From positions 1-52,526 of the IMG/VR virus record IMGVR_UViG_3300048995_000012: DNA of 52,526 nt; one strand, 5' to 3'. The translations under genes and the position numbers were made by a program. The notes beneath the pieces were generated by a model. That model saw only the letters and a list, made by a program, of their open reading frames with translations, was not told the origin of the DNA and made no database searches. Below are positions 26,373-36,331 of the stretch, in pieces; position 1 is the stretch's first letter; each line of letters begins with the position of its first letter. The stretch is from a virus (Duplodnaviria; Caudoviricetes).

Positions 26373-27446
26373 ATGGCGACCTTCACCGATGACTTCAACC
26401 GCGCCGACTCCACCAACCTCGGCGCCGGATGGGTGGAGGTCTCCGGAGACTGGTCGATCGTTTCCAATCAGCTCTCGTCAGGGTCAGCGGGCGGCGTGAT
26501 CATCCTGCGCGCCGCCGGGGCGATGGCCACCTCCGACAACAGCGCGCAGATCACGATCGCCGCCACCGGAGCCGTCAGCCACGGCGTCTGGTGCCGCGGC
26601 AACACCAACATCACGCAGGGCTACCTGTGGCGCAACGACGGAACGAGCTGGAACCTTTTCTCTGCCGTCGGCGGCAGCTTCACCTCCATCGGCAGCTTCG
26701 CCGCAGCAGCCGTCGCAGGTGACGTCGCGAAAATCCAGGCCGTCGGCACGACGATCAAAGGATTCGTCAACGGCATTCAGCGCGTCAGCGTCACCGACAC
26801 CGCCGTTACCACCGGCACCAGCGTCGGCATCCGCGCCGAATCCACCAACGTGCTGCGCTTCGACGACTTCACCGGCGCGGACGTCGCCACCGGCGCCACG
26901 GGCGACGCGGCACTCTCCGGCACCGCCACAATGTCCGCGACCGGCCTACGGGCCACGGCGGGCGACTCGGTCATAGCGTCGACAGCGGCCCTGTCCGCGT
27001 CTGGTCTGCGCGCCACTGCAGGCAGTGCAGTGCTGACGTCCGCGGCCAACCTGGCGGCGGACGGCGTGCGCGGCGCGTCCGGGGCGGCGAGCCTCAACAT
27101 GTCGGCGACCCTGGCCGCTGTCGGCGCGGTGGCCGCCAGCGGCAGCGGGGCGCTCACCGCAACCGCGGCCCTGACCGCGGCGGGGACGGCTGGCCGCCGC
27201 CTCGACGCGACACTCGCCGCGTCGGCCGCCCTTACAGCGGCCGGAGCGATCGGGACCACATCCGGGGGCGGCATGGCCGTCTCCGTAGGACTTCAAGCGT
27301 CCGGGCAGGTAGCTGGTGTGGTGGTGCGTGGCACTGCTCGAGGGGCAGCGGGAGCCGGACCTGTGGCGCGGCGCGGAGAGCCGGCAGTACCCCGATCGCG
27401 GCGCAGAGAGCCGGCCGTGCCGACAGCGAAGGGAGGGGCCCTGTGA
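26373..27446 (+). CDS. Virion fibre-like protein: N-terminal beta-sandwich plus ~20-aa Ala/Gly/Thr repeats
   Basis: FTDDFNRADS...FDDFTG domain then A.LSA.G.RATAG repeats. Confidence 0.7.
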   Translation: MATFTDDFNRADSTNLGAGWVEVSGDWSIVSNQLSSGSAGGVIILRAAGAMATSDNSAQITIAATGAVSHGVWCRGNTNITQGYLWRNDGTSWNLFSAVGGSFTSIGSFAAAAVAGDVAKIQAVGTTIKGFVNGIQRVSVTDTAVTTGTSVGIRAESTNVLRFDDFTGADVATGATGDAALSGTATMSATGLRATAGDSVIASTAALSASGLRATAGSAVLTSAANLAADGVRGASGAASLNMSATLAAVGAVAASGSGALTATAALTAAGTAGRRLDATLAASAALTAAGAIGTTSGGGMAVSVGLQASGQVAGVVVRGTARGAAGAGPVARRGEPAVPRSRRREPAVPTAKGGAL

Positions 27447-28249
27447 TCGACCTCGGAGCTGTGTACCAGGTGGCTGTCGATGTCGCCGATGCGTCGGGCG
27501 CCCCTGCTGATCCGGCTTCCGCCACGCTCACGATCACGTTGCCGGACGGTACGACGGTTAGTCCTGCCGTCCCGGCGCCTACGGCCACCGGCCGGGTGCG
27601 CGTCGACTACGTGACCGCCCAGGCGGGCCGTCACGTGTGGCGGCTCGTCACCTCCGGTCCGACGACGGCGTATGCGGACGTTTTCGATGTTCAGCCCGCC
27701 ATCCCCGTGGGCATCGTGTCGCTGGCGGATGCGCGCGCCCAGCTGAACATGGGAGCGACGGAGACGGGCGACGATGACGAGCTGCGTGGCTTTATCGGCG
27801 CGGCGACGGGAGCGGTGGAGCGGGCGCTGGGGCGGAGGGTGGTCCGGCGCTCGTTCACCGACCGGTTCGAAGTCGGCGGGGCGACTGCGGAGTTGCTGCT
27901 GCGGAACGTTCCGGTGCTGTCGCTGACGTCAGCCGTCTCGGCGGACGGCGCCACGACCTGGAGTACGGCGAACCTGAGGGTGGATGGCGAGACGGGCCTG
28001 GTGACGGTCGTTTCCGGTGCTGCACTCACCGGCACGGTGGACGTGACGTATCAGGCGGGCGACACGGTGATCCGGGAGGATTACCGGCTTGCCGCGCTGA
28101 TCATCGTGCAGCATTTGTGGGAGACGCAGCGCGGCACGATGGGCGTGCAGCTCGGCGGGGACAGCGAGCCCTACGTGGCGGGCCGCGGCTTCGCGATCCC
28201 GCGGCGGGCACTGGAGTTGCTGGATACGCAGCTGCCAGGGGTGGCCTGA
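27443..28249 (+). CDS. Head-tail connector with N-terminal extra domain
   Basis: IVSLADARAQLN...DDDELRGFIGAAT.AVE...AALIIVQHLWETQRG. Confidence 0.85.
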   Translation: MIDLGAVYQVAVDVADASGAPADPASATLTITLPDGTTVSPAVPAPTATGRVRVDYVTAQAGRHVWRLVTSGPTTAYADVFDVQPAIPVGIVSLADARAQLNMGATETGDDDELRGFIGAATGAVERALGRRVVRRSFTDRFEVGGATAELLLRNVPVLSLTSAVSADGATTWSTANLRVDGETGLVTVVSGAALTGTVDVTYQAGDTVIREDYRLAALIIVQHLWETQRGTMGVQLGGDSEPYVAGRGFAIPRRALELLDTQLPGVA

Positions 28250-28710
28250 TGCAGTGGGCGTCGAAGCTGCCCGACGCAATGGACGGTCTGGTTGCTGTGT
28301 TCACGGCGGCCCCCGAGATGGCTGGTGTCCCAGTCCGGGACGGCCCATCCACGTCGCAGGCAACCGTGCAGGAGATCCTCTCCGTCGGCTACACCGGCTC
28401 GGAAGACGAGACGGACGCCGAAGCCCAGTCGTCCGCTGAAGGCCTCAACCCTGTGCGGGACCGGGAGCAGTTCACCATCCGGTGCGCGGCAGCCGTCCTC
28501 CAGGGGACAGGAAGTATCTCCGCGGCCCGCAGGCGCGCTTACGAGATCGTGGGCGGGGCCGGGGCTGCTCTCGCCCGCGACCATACGCTCGGCGGCATCG
28601 TGCTGCGGGCGATGATCGGCACCCACTCGCTCAGCCAGGACCTGACCGATCGCGGCGTTCAGGTGGTGGTCGTCTTCGGCGTCGACTGCGACGCCTACAG
28701 CGGGCTCTAG
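28249..28710 (+). CDS. Tail terminator-like protein
   Basis: TGATG-coupled; ARRRAYEIV...L..D.TLGG.V. Confidence 0.7.
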   Translation: MQWASKLPDAMDGLVAVFTAAPEMAGVPVRDGPSTSQATVQEILSVGYTGSEDETDAEAQSSAEGLNPVRDREQFTIRCAAAVLQGTGSISAARRRAYEIVGGAGAALARDHTLGGIVLRAMIGTHSLSQDLTDRGVQVVVVFGVDCDAYSGL

Positions 28711-28946
28711 AGGCCTTCCCTCTCGGCGCGCGCCTTGCGGGCGCCTTGGATGATTCCGCGGCCCACGTGCTTGCCCAGCCACGCCATCAGCCGGTATGCG
28801 CAGCCGACGGTCAGCAGCGTGGCCGTGGCGTAGGCGAGAGCCATCAAGGCCAGCAGGACCAGGCCGCCGAGGCTTTTCCAGTGCGGCCCTATGAGATGCC
28901 AGCCCCATTCGGGCACGGTCGCGAACCACCACTTCAGGACAGTCAT
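28707..28946 (-). CDS. Small membrane protein on opposite strand (moron)
   Basis: GAGGA RBS before MTVLKWWF; long hydrophobic segment. Confidence 0.55.
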   Translation of the reverse strand: MTVLKWWFATVPEWGWHLIGPHWKSLGGLVLLALMALAYATATLLTVGCAYRLMAWLGKHVGRGIIQGARKARAEREGL

Positions 28947-28999
28947 GCGCGGATCGTCCTCGCGTGCTGATGACACGTCAATCAGAACAGGAGTACGGC

Positions 29000-29338
29000 A
29001 TGACTGCGCTTGTCACAAACGTCGTCCCGAATGTCGGGGTCGACATCTCGACCCTCCTCGTGGCCCCAACGAACGGGGACACCGCGGCCACCGGCACTGG
29101 CACCTATCTCTTCGTCAAGAACACCAACGCTGCAGCCTGCGTGGTCACGCTCGCCTGCCCGATCACAGTCGACGGCCGGCTCACCACCTCCAGCAGTTCG
29201 TTCAGCGTGCCCGCCACGACGGGACTCGGCATCATTCCGCTGCTGCCGATCTACGCCAGCTCGTCGACGGGCCTGGCCACCATCACCACCTACTCCGTGA
29301 CCTCTGGCGTCACCGTCGGGGTGGTGAGGGTTCCGTGA
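29000..29338 (+). CDS. Small virion structural protein
   Basis: AGGAG RBS; NGDT...YLFVKN. Confidence 0.75.
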   Translation: MTALVTNVVPNVGVDISTLLVAPTNGDTAATGTGTYLFVKNTNAAACVVTLACPITVDGRLTTSSSSFSVPATTGLGIIPLLPIYASSSTGLATITTYSVTSGVTVGVVRVP

Positions 29339-29652
29339 CGGTCGTCGTACACCAGCGGAGCGGCGGAGGCGTCGCAAATGCCAGCGGCGTTGCATACGTC
29401 GGTAGCGACGGCTACGCGGACGCAGTCAGCGCCTACGCCTGGGCGACGGTCGCGCCGACCGGACCGTGCGACGCCTGCACCCCCGTGAGCGACGGAGACA
29501 CAACATCGCCCGACGTCGCCATAACGACGCTCCCCTTGATCGGGAGCAGGGCAGAAATGGCGGACGGCCTCGTCTACTTCGGCTTCTTCTTCGCCGCACC
29601 GCCCGGCGTGCACATCTGCACGCACATTTCCATCGTCCGAACAGGGAGCTGA
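29335..29652 (+). CDS. Hypothetical protein
   Basis: GTGA-coupled ORF filling the gap. Confidence 0.5.
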   Translation: MTVVVHQRSGGGVANASGVAYVGSDGYADAVSAYAWATVAPTGPCDACTPVSDGDTTSPDVAITTLPLIGSRAEMADGLVYFGFFFAAPPGVHICTHISIVRTGS

Positions 29653-29654
29653 CC

Positions 29655-29963
29655 GTGGACACGGTGATCATGCGGCACCCCACGCTGCCGGAGCGCCAGG
29701 AGATCGAGGTCGACGCGCAGGCCGTCCCGCACCACGCGGCAGCCGGGTGGCAGCCGGTTCCGGTTAAGGAGCTGGAGGCCCGGGCGGCAGCCAAGGCGAA
29801 GGCCGTCGCAGACACCCTTGCAGCCGAGGCCGAGATGGTCGCCGAGGCGCAGGTCGAAGAACCGGCGGACGAAGCACCCGCCGAGGCGGAGGCGGATGAA
29901 CCGTCCGCCGACAAGCCCCGCGCGTCCCGCGCAAAGTCCGCCCAGAAGAAGGCCGAGGAGTAA
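29655..29963 (+). CDS. Hypothetical virion-region protein
   Basis: MRHPTLP..QEIEV...AV.HH...GW. Confidence 0.7.
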   Translation: MDTVIMRHPTLPERQEIEVDAQAVPHHAAAGWQPVPVKELEARAAAKAKAVADTLAAEAEMVAEAQVEEPADEAPAEAEADEPSADKPRASRAKSAQKKAEE

Positions 29964-29966
29964 CCC

Positions 29967-30446
29967 ATGGTCGCCACCCCGATCACCGCCACGTCCCGCT
30001 ACATTCCGCCGGGTACAACCCGGTACTACTTCGTGTCGTCGATCGCGAACAAGAACTCCCCGACCCGGTCCGAGCTGAACGCGGGCAGTGACCTGACGGC
30101 GGAGATCGCCGCCGTGTCTGGCTTCGCCACGTCGTCGGACCAGCAAGACACCCCGGACCTCGGCACGCGCTTCGTGTCGAAGATCCCGGGCCGTATCACC
30201 GCCGACGACTCCTCGATCACGATGTACATGTCGTCGACGTCGTCCGATGTGCGCACGCTGCTGCCGCGCGACACGGCCGGCTTCATCTGCATCTTCCCCG
30301 AGGGCGACACCGCGGGTCTGAAGTACGACGTCTTCCCCGTCAAGGTCACCGGGCAGCCGAAGGCGCGTGACGTGGAGAACCCGGCGCAGATCACCATCCA
30401 GTTCTCGATCACGAGCATCCCGGTCGAGAACATAACGGTGCCGTAA
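29967..30446 (+). CDS. Major tail protein
   Basis: PTRSELNAG.DLT.EIA...GF...TPDLGTRF.SKIPGR. Confidence 0.9.
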   Translation: MVATPITATSRYIPPGTTRYYFVSSIANKNSPTRSELNAGSDLTAEIAAVSGFATSSDQQDTPDLGTRFVSKIPGRITADDSSITMYMSSTSSDVRTLLPRDTAGFICIFPEGDTAGLKYDVFPVKVTGQPKARDVENPAQITIQFSITSIPVENITVP

Positions 30447-30925
30447 TGGCCGGTGAGTGGGGGCTGCGCCACGGGAACGACCTGCGGCGCATCTCCCGCG
30501 AACTGCGCGGGATGGACAACAAGGAGATCAAGAAGCGGTTCACGAAGGAACTCCGGGCTGCGGCCCGGCCGCTGGTTCCCGTGGTGCGCTCCTCGATCCG
30601 CTCCATCCCCTCGAAGCGCGCCTACAGCCCGTCAGGGCTGCGCGGGAACCTGTCGCGCGCCACGAAGCTGGAAGTCCGCACCGTCGGACGGCAGGCGGGC
30701 ATCGCGATCCGTGTCGACGGCCGCAAAATGCCCAGCCACATGAAGGGCCTCCCCAAGGCCGTGGAGGGCACGAAGCGCTGGCGGCACCCCGTCTTCGGCC
30801 ACCGCGAGACCTGGGTCAACCAGCCGAAAAAGCCCTACTTCTTCCACGTCGTGCGACCGCTGGGGCCTGCCTCGCGCAAGGCCGTCAACCGCGTCCTCGA
30901 CGGCATCTCACGAGACATCCGCTAG
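30446..30925 (+). CDS. HK97 gp10-like tail completion protein
   Basis: Basic protein; RWRHPVFG.RETWVNQ..KPYF. Confidence 0.7.
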   Translation: MAGEWGLRHGNDLRRISRELRGMDNKEIKKRFTKELRAAARPLVPVVRSSIRSIPSKRAYSPSGLRGNLSRATKLEVRTVGRQAGIAIRVDGRKMPSHMKGLPKAVEGTKRWRHPVFGHRETWVNQPKKPYFFHVVRPLGPASRKAVNRVLDGISRDIR

Positions 30926-30932
30926 GAGAACC

Positions 30933-31373
30933 ATGGCCCTGTCCCGAGACGGCATCCTCGGAGCCGTAGACATCAAGTCCGAGAAGGTCCCCGTCCCCGA
31001 GTGGGGCGACGAGGTCATCATCCGAGGCCTGACCGGCGAAGAACTCGACGCCTTCCAGGGGAGCATCCGCCAGTTCCGGCCCACGTTCGACGGCAAGGGC
31101 ATGGAGCCCGTCCTCATCCAGGACAACATGAGGGCGAAATTGCTCGTGAAGTGCCTCGTCGACGAGGCAGGTGACCGTCTCTTCCAGGACTCCGACGCTT
31201 CCGCGCTTGGCGCGAAGAACGGTGCGGTCATCGACCGGCTCTACGACGTCGCCTCCGCCCTGTCCGGCCTCTCGGAGGACGAGAAGGCGGAACTGGAGGG
31301 AAACTCCGAGCCGGCGACGGAGAGCGCCGGTTCTATTTCCGAGTCGCCCGAGACGTCTTCCACTGCTCTGTAG
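30933..31373 (+). CDS. Tail assembly chaperone (G)
   Basis: LSRDGIL...V.VPEWG.EV.IRGLTG...LEGN. Confidence 0.88.
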   Translation: MALSRDGILGAVDIKSEKVPVPEWGDEVIIRGLTGEELDAFQGSIRQFRPTFDGKGMEPVLIQDNMRAKLLVKCLVDEAGDRLFQDSDASALGAKNGAVIDRLYDVASALSGLSEDEKAELEGNSEPATESAGSISESPETSSTAL

Positions 31374-31501
31374 CGGACATGCTGCGCCGGGTGTCCGCCC
31401 GGGAGCTCGCCGAGTGGGAGATCTTCTTCCGCCTCGAGGACGAGGACCGCGAAGCCGCCGAGCAAGCGGCTGATGAGCGCCGCAACCGCAACTGGCCGTG
31501 A
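31298..31501 (+). CDS. -1 frameshift extension of tail chaperone (GT)
   Basis: Slippery G GGA AAC at 31298-31304; -1 frame reads ...RRFYFRVAR...MLRRVSARELAEWEIFF to TGA at 31501. Confidence 0.85.
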   Translation, partial: GKLRAGDGERRFYFRVARDVFHCSVADMLRRVSARELAEWEIFFRLEDEDREAAEQAADERRNRNWP

Positions 31502-31531
31502 CCTGACCACCCGTGAGTGAGGGGAGGCGTC

Positions 31532-34500
31532 ATGGCCAGCTCCAGCATCGTCTACCGGCTCATCGCCCACGACTCGGCGTCGAAGACCTTCCACAATGTG
31601 GGTCGTTCGGCGAGCAAGACGGACTCGACGCTGGCGAAGCTGGGCCAGACCGCCACCAAGGCGGGGGCGGCCCTGGCGGCGGGTCTCGCCGTAGGCCTGG
31701 CCAAGGGCGCCAAGGATGCGAGCAGGTTCCAGGCGGAGATGACCCGCATCTCGACCCAGGCCGGCGGCACGGCGAAGGATGTCAAAGTCCTGAGCGACCA
31801 GGTTCTGAAGCTCGGCACGTCCACCCAGCAGGGTCCCCAGCACCTCGCCGAGTCGCTGTACCACCTCAAGAGCGTCGGCATGGACAACGTCCAGGCGATG
31901 AAGGCGCTCAAGGAGAGCTCCGACCTGGCGGCCGTCGGTCACGCCAACCTCGAAGAGACCACCAACGCGCTGGCGGGCGCCTGGCGGACCGGCATCAAGG
32001 GCGCCACCAGCTTCCATGAGGCCGTCTCGACGGTGAACGCGATCATCGGCGCGGGCAACATGTCGATGGATCAGTTCAACGCCGCCATCGGTACCGGCAT
32101 CCTGCCCAGCGCGAAGACCTTCGGTCTGAGCATGAAGCAGGTCGGCGCCGCCCTCGCCCTGATGACAGACGAGGGCATCGACAGTGCGTCCGCGGCCACC
32201 CGGCTGCGGATGTCCTTCAGCCTGCTCGGCGCACCGTCGAAGGCTGCCGAGAAGCAGCTGGGCAAGATCGGGCTGACAGGCCTCAACCTCGCCGATGCGA
32301 TGCGAGGCCCGAAGGGTCTGATCGGCGCGATCGGTCTCCTGAAGGAGCACCTCGACAAGAGCGGCCTGTCCGCGTCGAGGCAGTCGCAGCTGCTCTCCCG
32401 GGCGTTCGGTGGCGGCCGGTCCTCGAGCGGCATCTTGCTCATGCTCAACAACCTCGACGTGCTCGAGAAAAAGCAGGAGCAGATCAACCGCAGCACCGGC
32501 AAGTTCGATGACGCCGTCAAGATGCAGCGCAAGACGGCCGAAGCCCAATGGCACCTGCTCACCTCGAACTTGGAGGTGATGGGCATCCGGGTCGGCACGA
32601 AGGTGCTGCCGCCGGTTACCAGCTTCATCCACTTCCTGGCCACCGATGCGATGCCCGCAGCGGCACGGTTCGGGAAGGCCATGGGCAACCTGATACCGGT
32701 GGGCCCGATCAAGCAGGGCATCTCCACGGCCAAGGGGCTGGTGTCCGACTTCCTCAAGGGCTTCTCCGGAACGAAGAAGGCCGCATCGGATCTGCTGGGC
32801 GGCCTGTTCGACACGTCACCGCACCTGGGCAGCAGCAAGGCGTCCGCGGCCTCCAAGGGGCCCGCGCTGCCGCCTATGCCGCACTTCGGCGTGGGTCAGG
32901 TCGCGCCGACCACTGGTGTGCAGGGGCCTGCGCTGCCGCCTATGCCGCACGGCGGGTCGGGCCTGGTGGCCTCGCTCGTCTCGCCGAAGGCGAAGCCGCC
33001 CAAGAGCGCCGCCGAGAAGATCGGCGCAACGATCCGTAAGGCGATCAGCGGCAGCTTCAAAGACATCGACTGGGGCAAGCTCGGATCGATCCTCGGCAAG
33101 GGCCTCGGGGATGCGATCGGCTGGGTAGGCAAGCACACCGCCGACTTCACGAAGAAGATCGCGAAGATCTTCGCCGGCCTGGACTTCGTCGAGATCGGCA
33201 AGGGCTTCGGTGGCGCCGCGCTGCCCCTGGCGATCGGCTTCATCACCAACCTGTTCGCCCCGCTGTTCAGCCTGGACTTCTGGAAGAAGCACTGGCTCGA
33301 CACGATCATCGCGGTGCTGTCGGTCATTCCGATCGGCCGCATCGCCGGCGTGCTCGGCAAGGTGTTCGAGCACATCCCGTTCCTGAAGGTCTTCGAGCCG
33401 CTCCTGAAGGGCGTCGGCAAGCTCGGCGGCTGGATCGAGAAGGGGCTCGGGAAGGTGTTCGGGCCGCTCGGCCGCGGAATCGCTTCGGGATTCAAGAAGG
33501 TCTTCCCCGCCGCCGGAAGCATCGCCAAGGACCTTCTGGAGCGGCTCATCCTCGGCCCGGCGCGACGCCTCAAGACAGCTGCTGGGCTGATCCCGAAGGC
33601 TGTCGGTTCCGGCATCGAGAAGGGCGCAAGCTTCGTCACGGAGAAGGTCCTCGGCCTCGCCAAGACGATCCTGCGGCCCTTCGCGCGTGCGGGCGGCTTC
33701 CTGCTCCGCAAGGGCGCCGACATCGTCAAGGGCCTCGGCCGCGGCATAAGCAGTGCGGCGAAGGGCATCGGCAGCTTCGCCTGGCGGTGGGTCGGAAAGC
33801 CAGTCGTCGACGCATTCAAGGGCGCCGGGTCCTGGCTCATCCGTGGGGGCAAGAGCCTGGTCTCGGGCTTCAAGCGGGGAAGCATCTCTGCCGCCAAATC
33901 GATCGGCGGCTGGGCGAAGAAGAACGTCATCGACCCCGTCACAGGTGTGTTCAAGTCGTCCGGGTCATGGCTGTACAGCAGAGGCAAATCGATAGTGGGC
34001 GGCCTGAAGAGCGGCACGGCGGCAGGCGCGAAGGGCATCGTCAGTTTTACGAGCCGCACGGTCATCAGCCCGGTCATCGGCGCCTTCAAGGGCGCCGGCA
34101 TGTGGCTGTGGAGGGGGGGAAGGAGCCTGGTCTCGGGCTTCAAGAGCGGCTCCATCTCCGCTGCGAGGGGCATCGGCGGCTGGATCAACAAGAATGCGAT
34201 CAAGCCCGTTACGGGAGCCTTCAAGGGTGCTGGATCCTGGCTGAAGTCGGCGGGCGGCCACCTCCTGTCCGGCTTGAAGGACGGCATCTGGGGCGCCATC
34301 AAGGGCATCGGTCACTGGATCAAGAAGAATGTCGTCGATCCGGTCGTCAACTCGGTGAAGAAGTTCTTCGGCATCAAGTCGCCGTCCAAGGTCTTCATGG
34401 GCATCGGCGGCCACCTCGTGTCCGGCCTCATCAAGGGCATGGCGACGACCAGCGGCTCGGCGATCGCGAAGAAGGTGTTCGGTGACATGCCGTCCGCCCT

Positions 34501-36331
34501 CGGCCACCTGGTCAAGAAGGGCCTGGTCAGCATCAGCAAACTGCCGGGCAAGGCGATGAAGGCCCTGAGCGGGCTGGGCAGCTGGTTCGGCGACCTGTTC
34601 AGCGGCGGGGGAGGCGGTAGCGGGAAGGGCGTGGACCGCTGGACCAGCACCGTCAACACGGTGCTGGGCATGCTTGGCGCGCCCGGGTCCGCCCTGGGCG
34701 CCGTCCTGACCCGCATCAACATGGAGTCCGGCGGCAACCCGAAGGCCATCAACCTGTGGGACTCCAACGCGAAGGCGGGCCACCCGTCGCAGGGACTCAT
34801 GCAGACGATCCCGTCGACGTTCAGCGCCTACGCGGGCCCGTTCCGGGCGCGGGGCATCACCGACCCGCTCGCCAACGTGTACGCGGGCGTCAACTACGCG
34901 ATGCACGCGTATGGCAAGAACTGGATCAACGTGATGACCCGGCCTGGCGGGTACGCCAAGGGCACCGGTGGCGCCGCCAAGGGCCTCGCGTGGGTGGGCG
35001 AGAAGGGCGCCGAGCTGGTCAACTTCAAGGGCGGCGAGGACGTCCTCAGCCACCCAGACAGCATGGCGTTCGCCAAGACGCACGGCATCAAACTGCCCGG
35101 CTACGCCTCCGGCACCATCACCAACGCAGCCGACCGGGTCCACCGCGACAAGCAGAAGGTCGAGGACGCCAAGGACGCTCTCGCGGCGGCCAAACGCCGC
35201 CACAAGGGAGTCGCCGCCGCCGAGAAGCGGCTGAAGGCTGCGGAGAAGGAACTCCAGGCCGCGAACATTGCGCTCCGCAACGCAAAGCGCTCCGCGAAGA
35301 CGTCGATCGCCAACACCATCGCCACCGGTCTCGTGAAGACGCTGAGCACAGGCACGTCGTCAGCAATCGCCTCGGCGATCAAGAGCCTGGCGACGAAGCT
35401 GCTCAACGCGGGCTACAACAAAACCGCCAAGTCCGTGCAGAAAAAGGGCAGCCAGCTGGAGAAGCTCGCCGACAAGCGGGCCAGCGTCCAGAAGACGATT
35501 GCCGCGGCGAACCAGTACGCCAGCGACCAGGCCTCCAACATCAAGGACTTCCTCAGCATCAGCGGGACGTCGGCCACCGACATCGGCGGCCTCCTCTCGC
35601 AGATGGGCGGCCAGCAGAAAACCGCGAGCAACTTCGTGGCCCTGTCAAAGTCCCTGAAGGCGCGCGGCGCGTCGAAGGAACTGCTGCAGCAGCTCTCCGA
35701 TGCAGGGCCGGGCAGCCAGCTCGCGTCCATCCTCGGACAGAAGAACGTCACCACCGGGGACATCGGCAAGCTGAACAGCCTGGTCGCCTCTGGCGGCAAG
35801 CTGGCGACGTCGTTCGGCAAGGACATGGCCGACATGATGTACGACTCCGGCAAGAACGCCGGGAAGGGTTTCCTCGCGGGGTTGAAAGCCCAGGAGAAGG
35901 ACCTCGCGAAGCAGATGGACAAGCTGGCCAAGGACTTGGTCAAGGCCATCAAGAAGGCGTTGAAGATCAAGAGCCCGTCCCGGGTGTTCCGCGACGAGAT
36001 CGGCAAGAACGTCGTCCTCGGCATGGCCCACGGCATCGACATGCACGGCCACCTCGTCGGCAGCGCAGCCCAGCGCCTCGCCGACACCGCCACCGGCGTG
36101 TCCATGCGCCGCCGCTACGTGCCCGTCATCCACGGGGCCCGGCCCTCGACGGGGCAGGAGCAGGCATGGGAGCGGCTCGCCGCAGCCATCGAGGCCTCAG
36201 GCAATGAGGTGCACGTGCACTTCAACGACGACCGGCTGCGGGACCTCATCGACGTCCAGGTCAAACCGAAGATCAAGGCGTCGGCGACCCAGCAGGCCTA
36301 CCGGGCCAACGTGGGGAGGCGAACCGGGTGA
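31532..36331 (+). CDS. Tape measure protein with lytic transglycosylase domain
   Basis: ~1600 aa; TP901-type core, Trp-periodic repeats, MESGGNP.AINLWDSNA.AG.PS.GLMQ. Confidence 0.95.
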   Translation: MASSSIVYRLIAHDSASKTFHNVGRSASKTDSTLAKLGQTATKAGAALAAGLAVGLAKGAKDASRFQAEMTRISTQAGGTAKDVKVLSDQVLKLGTSTQQGPQHLAESLYHLKSVGMDNVQAMKALKESSDLAAVGHANLEETTNALAGAWRTGIKGATSFHEAVSTVNAIIGAGNMSMDQFNAAIGTGILPSAKTFGLSMKQVGAALALMTDEGIDSASAATRLRMSFSLLGAPSKAAEKQLGKIGLTGLNLADAMRGPKGLIGAIGLLKEHLDKSGLSASRQSQLLSRAFGGGRSSSGILLMLNNLDVLEKKQEQINRSTGKFDDAVKMQRKTAEAQWHLLTSNLEVMGIRVGTKVLPPVTSFIHFLATDAMPAAARFGKAMGNLIPVGPIKQGISTAKGLVSDFLKGFSGTKKAASDLLGGLFDTSPHLGSSKASAASKGPALPPMPHFGVGQVAPTTGVQGPALPPMPHGGSGLVASLVSPKAKPPKSAAEKIGATIRKAISGSFKDIDWGKLGSILGKGLGDAIGWVGKHTADFTKKIAKIFAGLDFVEIGKGFGGAALPLAIGFITNLFAPLFSLDFWKKHWLDTIIAVLSVIPIGRIAGVLGKVFEHIPFLKVFEPLLKGVGKLGGWIEKGLGKVFGPLGRGIASGFKKVFPAAGSIAKDLLERLILGPARRLKTAAGLIPKAVGSGIEKGASFVTEKVLGLAKTILRPFARAGGFLLRKGADIVKGLGRGISSAAKGIGSFAWRWVGKPVVDAFKGAGSWLIRGGKSLVSGFKRGSISAAKSIGGWAKKNVIDPVTGVFKSSGSWLYSRGKSIVGGLKSGTAAGAKGIVSFTSRTVISPVIGAFKGAGMWLWRGGRSLVSGFKSGSISAARGIGGWINKNAIKPVTGAFKGAGSWLKSAGGHLLSGLKDGIWGAIKGIGHWIKKNVVDPVVNSVKKFFGIKSPSKVFMGIGGHLVSGLIKGMATTSGSAIAKKVFGDMPSALGHLVKKGLVSISKLPGKAMKALSGLGSWFGDLFSGGGGGSGKGVDRWTSTVNTVLGMLGAPGSALGAVLTRINMESGGNPKAINLWDSNAKAGHPSQGLMQTIPSTFSAYAGPFRARGITDPLANVYAGVNYAMHAYGKNWINVMTRPGGYAKGTGGAAKGLAWVGEKGAELVNFKGGEDVLSHPDSMAFAKTHGIKLPGYASGTITNAADRVHRDKQKVEDAKDALAAAKRRHKGVAAAEKRLKAAEKELQAANIALRNAKRSAKTSIANTIATGLVKTLSTGTSSAIASAIKSLATKLLNAGYNKTAKSVQKKGSQLEKLADKRASVQKTIAAANQYASDQASNIKDFLSISGTSATDIGGLLSQMGGQQKTASNFVALSKSLKARGASKELLQQLSDAGPGSQLASILGQKNVTTGDIGKLNSLVASGGKLATSFGKDMADMMYDSGKNAGKGFLAGLKAQEKDLAKQMDKLAKDLVKAIKKALKIKSPSRVFRDEIGKNVVLGMAHGIDMHGHLVGSAAQRLADTATGVSMRRRYVPVIHGARPSTGQEQAWERLAAAIEASGNEVHVHFNDDRLRDLIDVQVKPKIKASATQQAYRANVGRRTG

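Noticed and set aside
28704-28713. GCTCTAGAGG near-match to the GntR operator
   Set aside because: Explained by overlapping convergent TAG stop codons; not in a promoter.
33540-34400. ~120-bp degenerate repeats in the tape measure gene
   Set aside because: Ordinary protein-level tape measure repeats in a constant frame.
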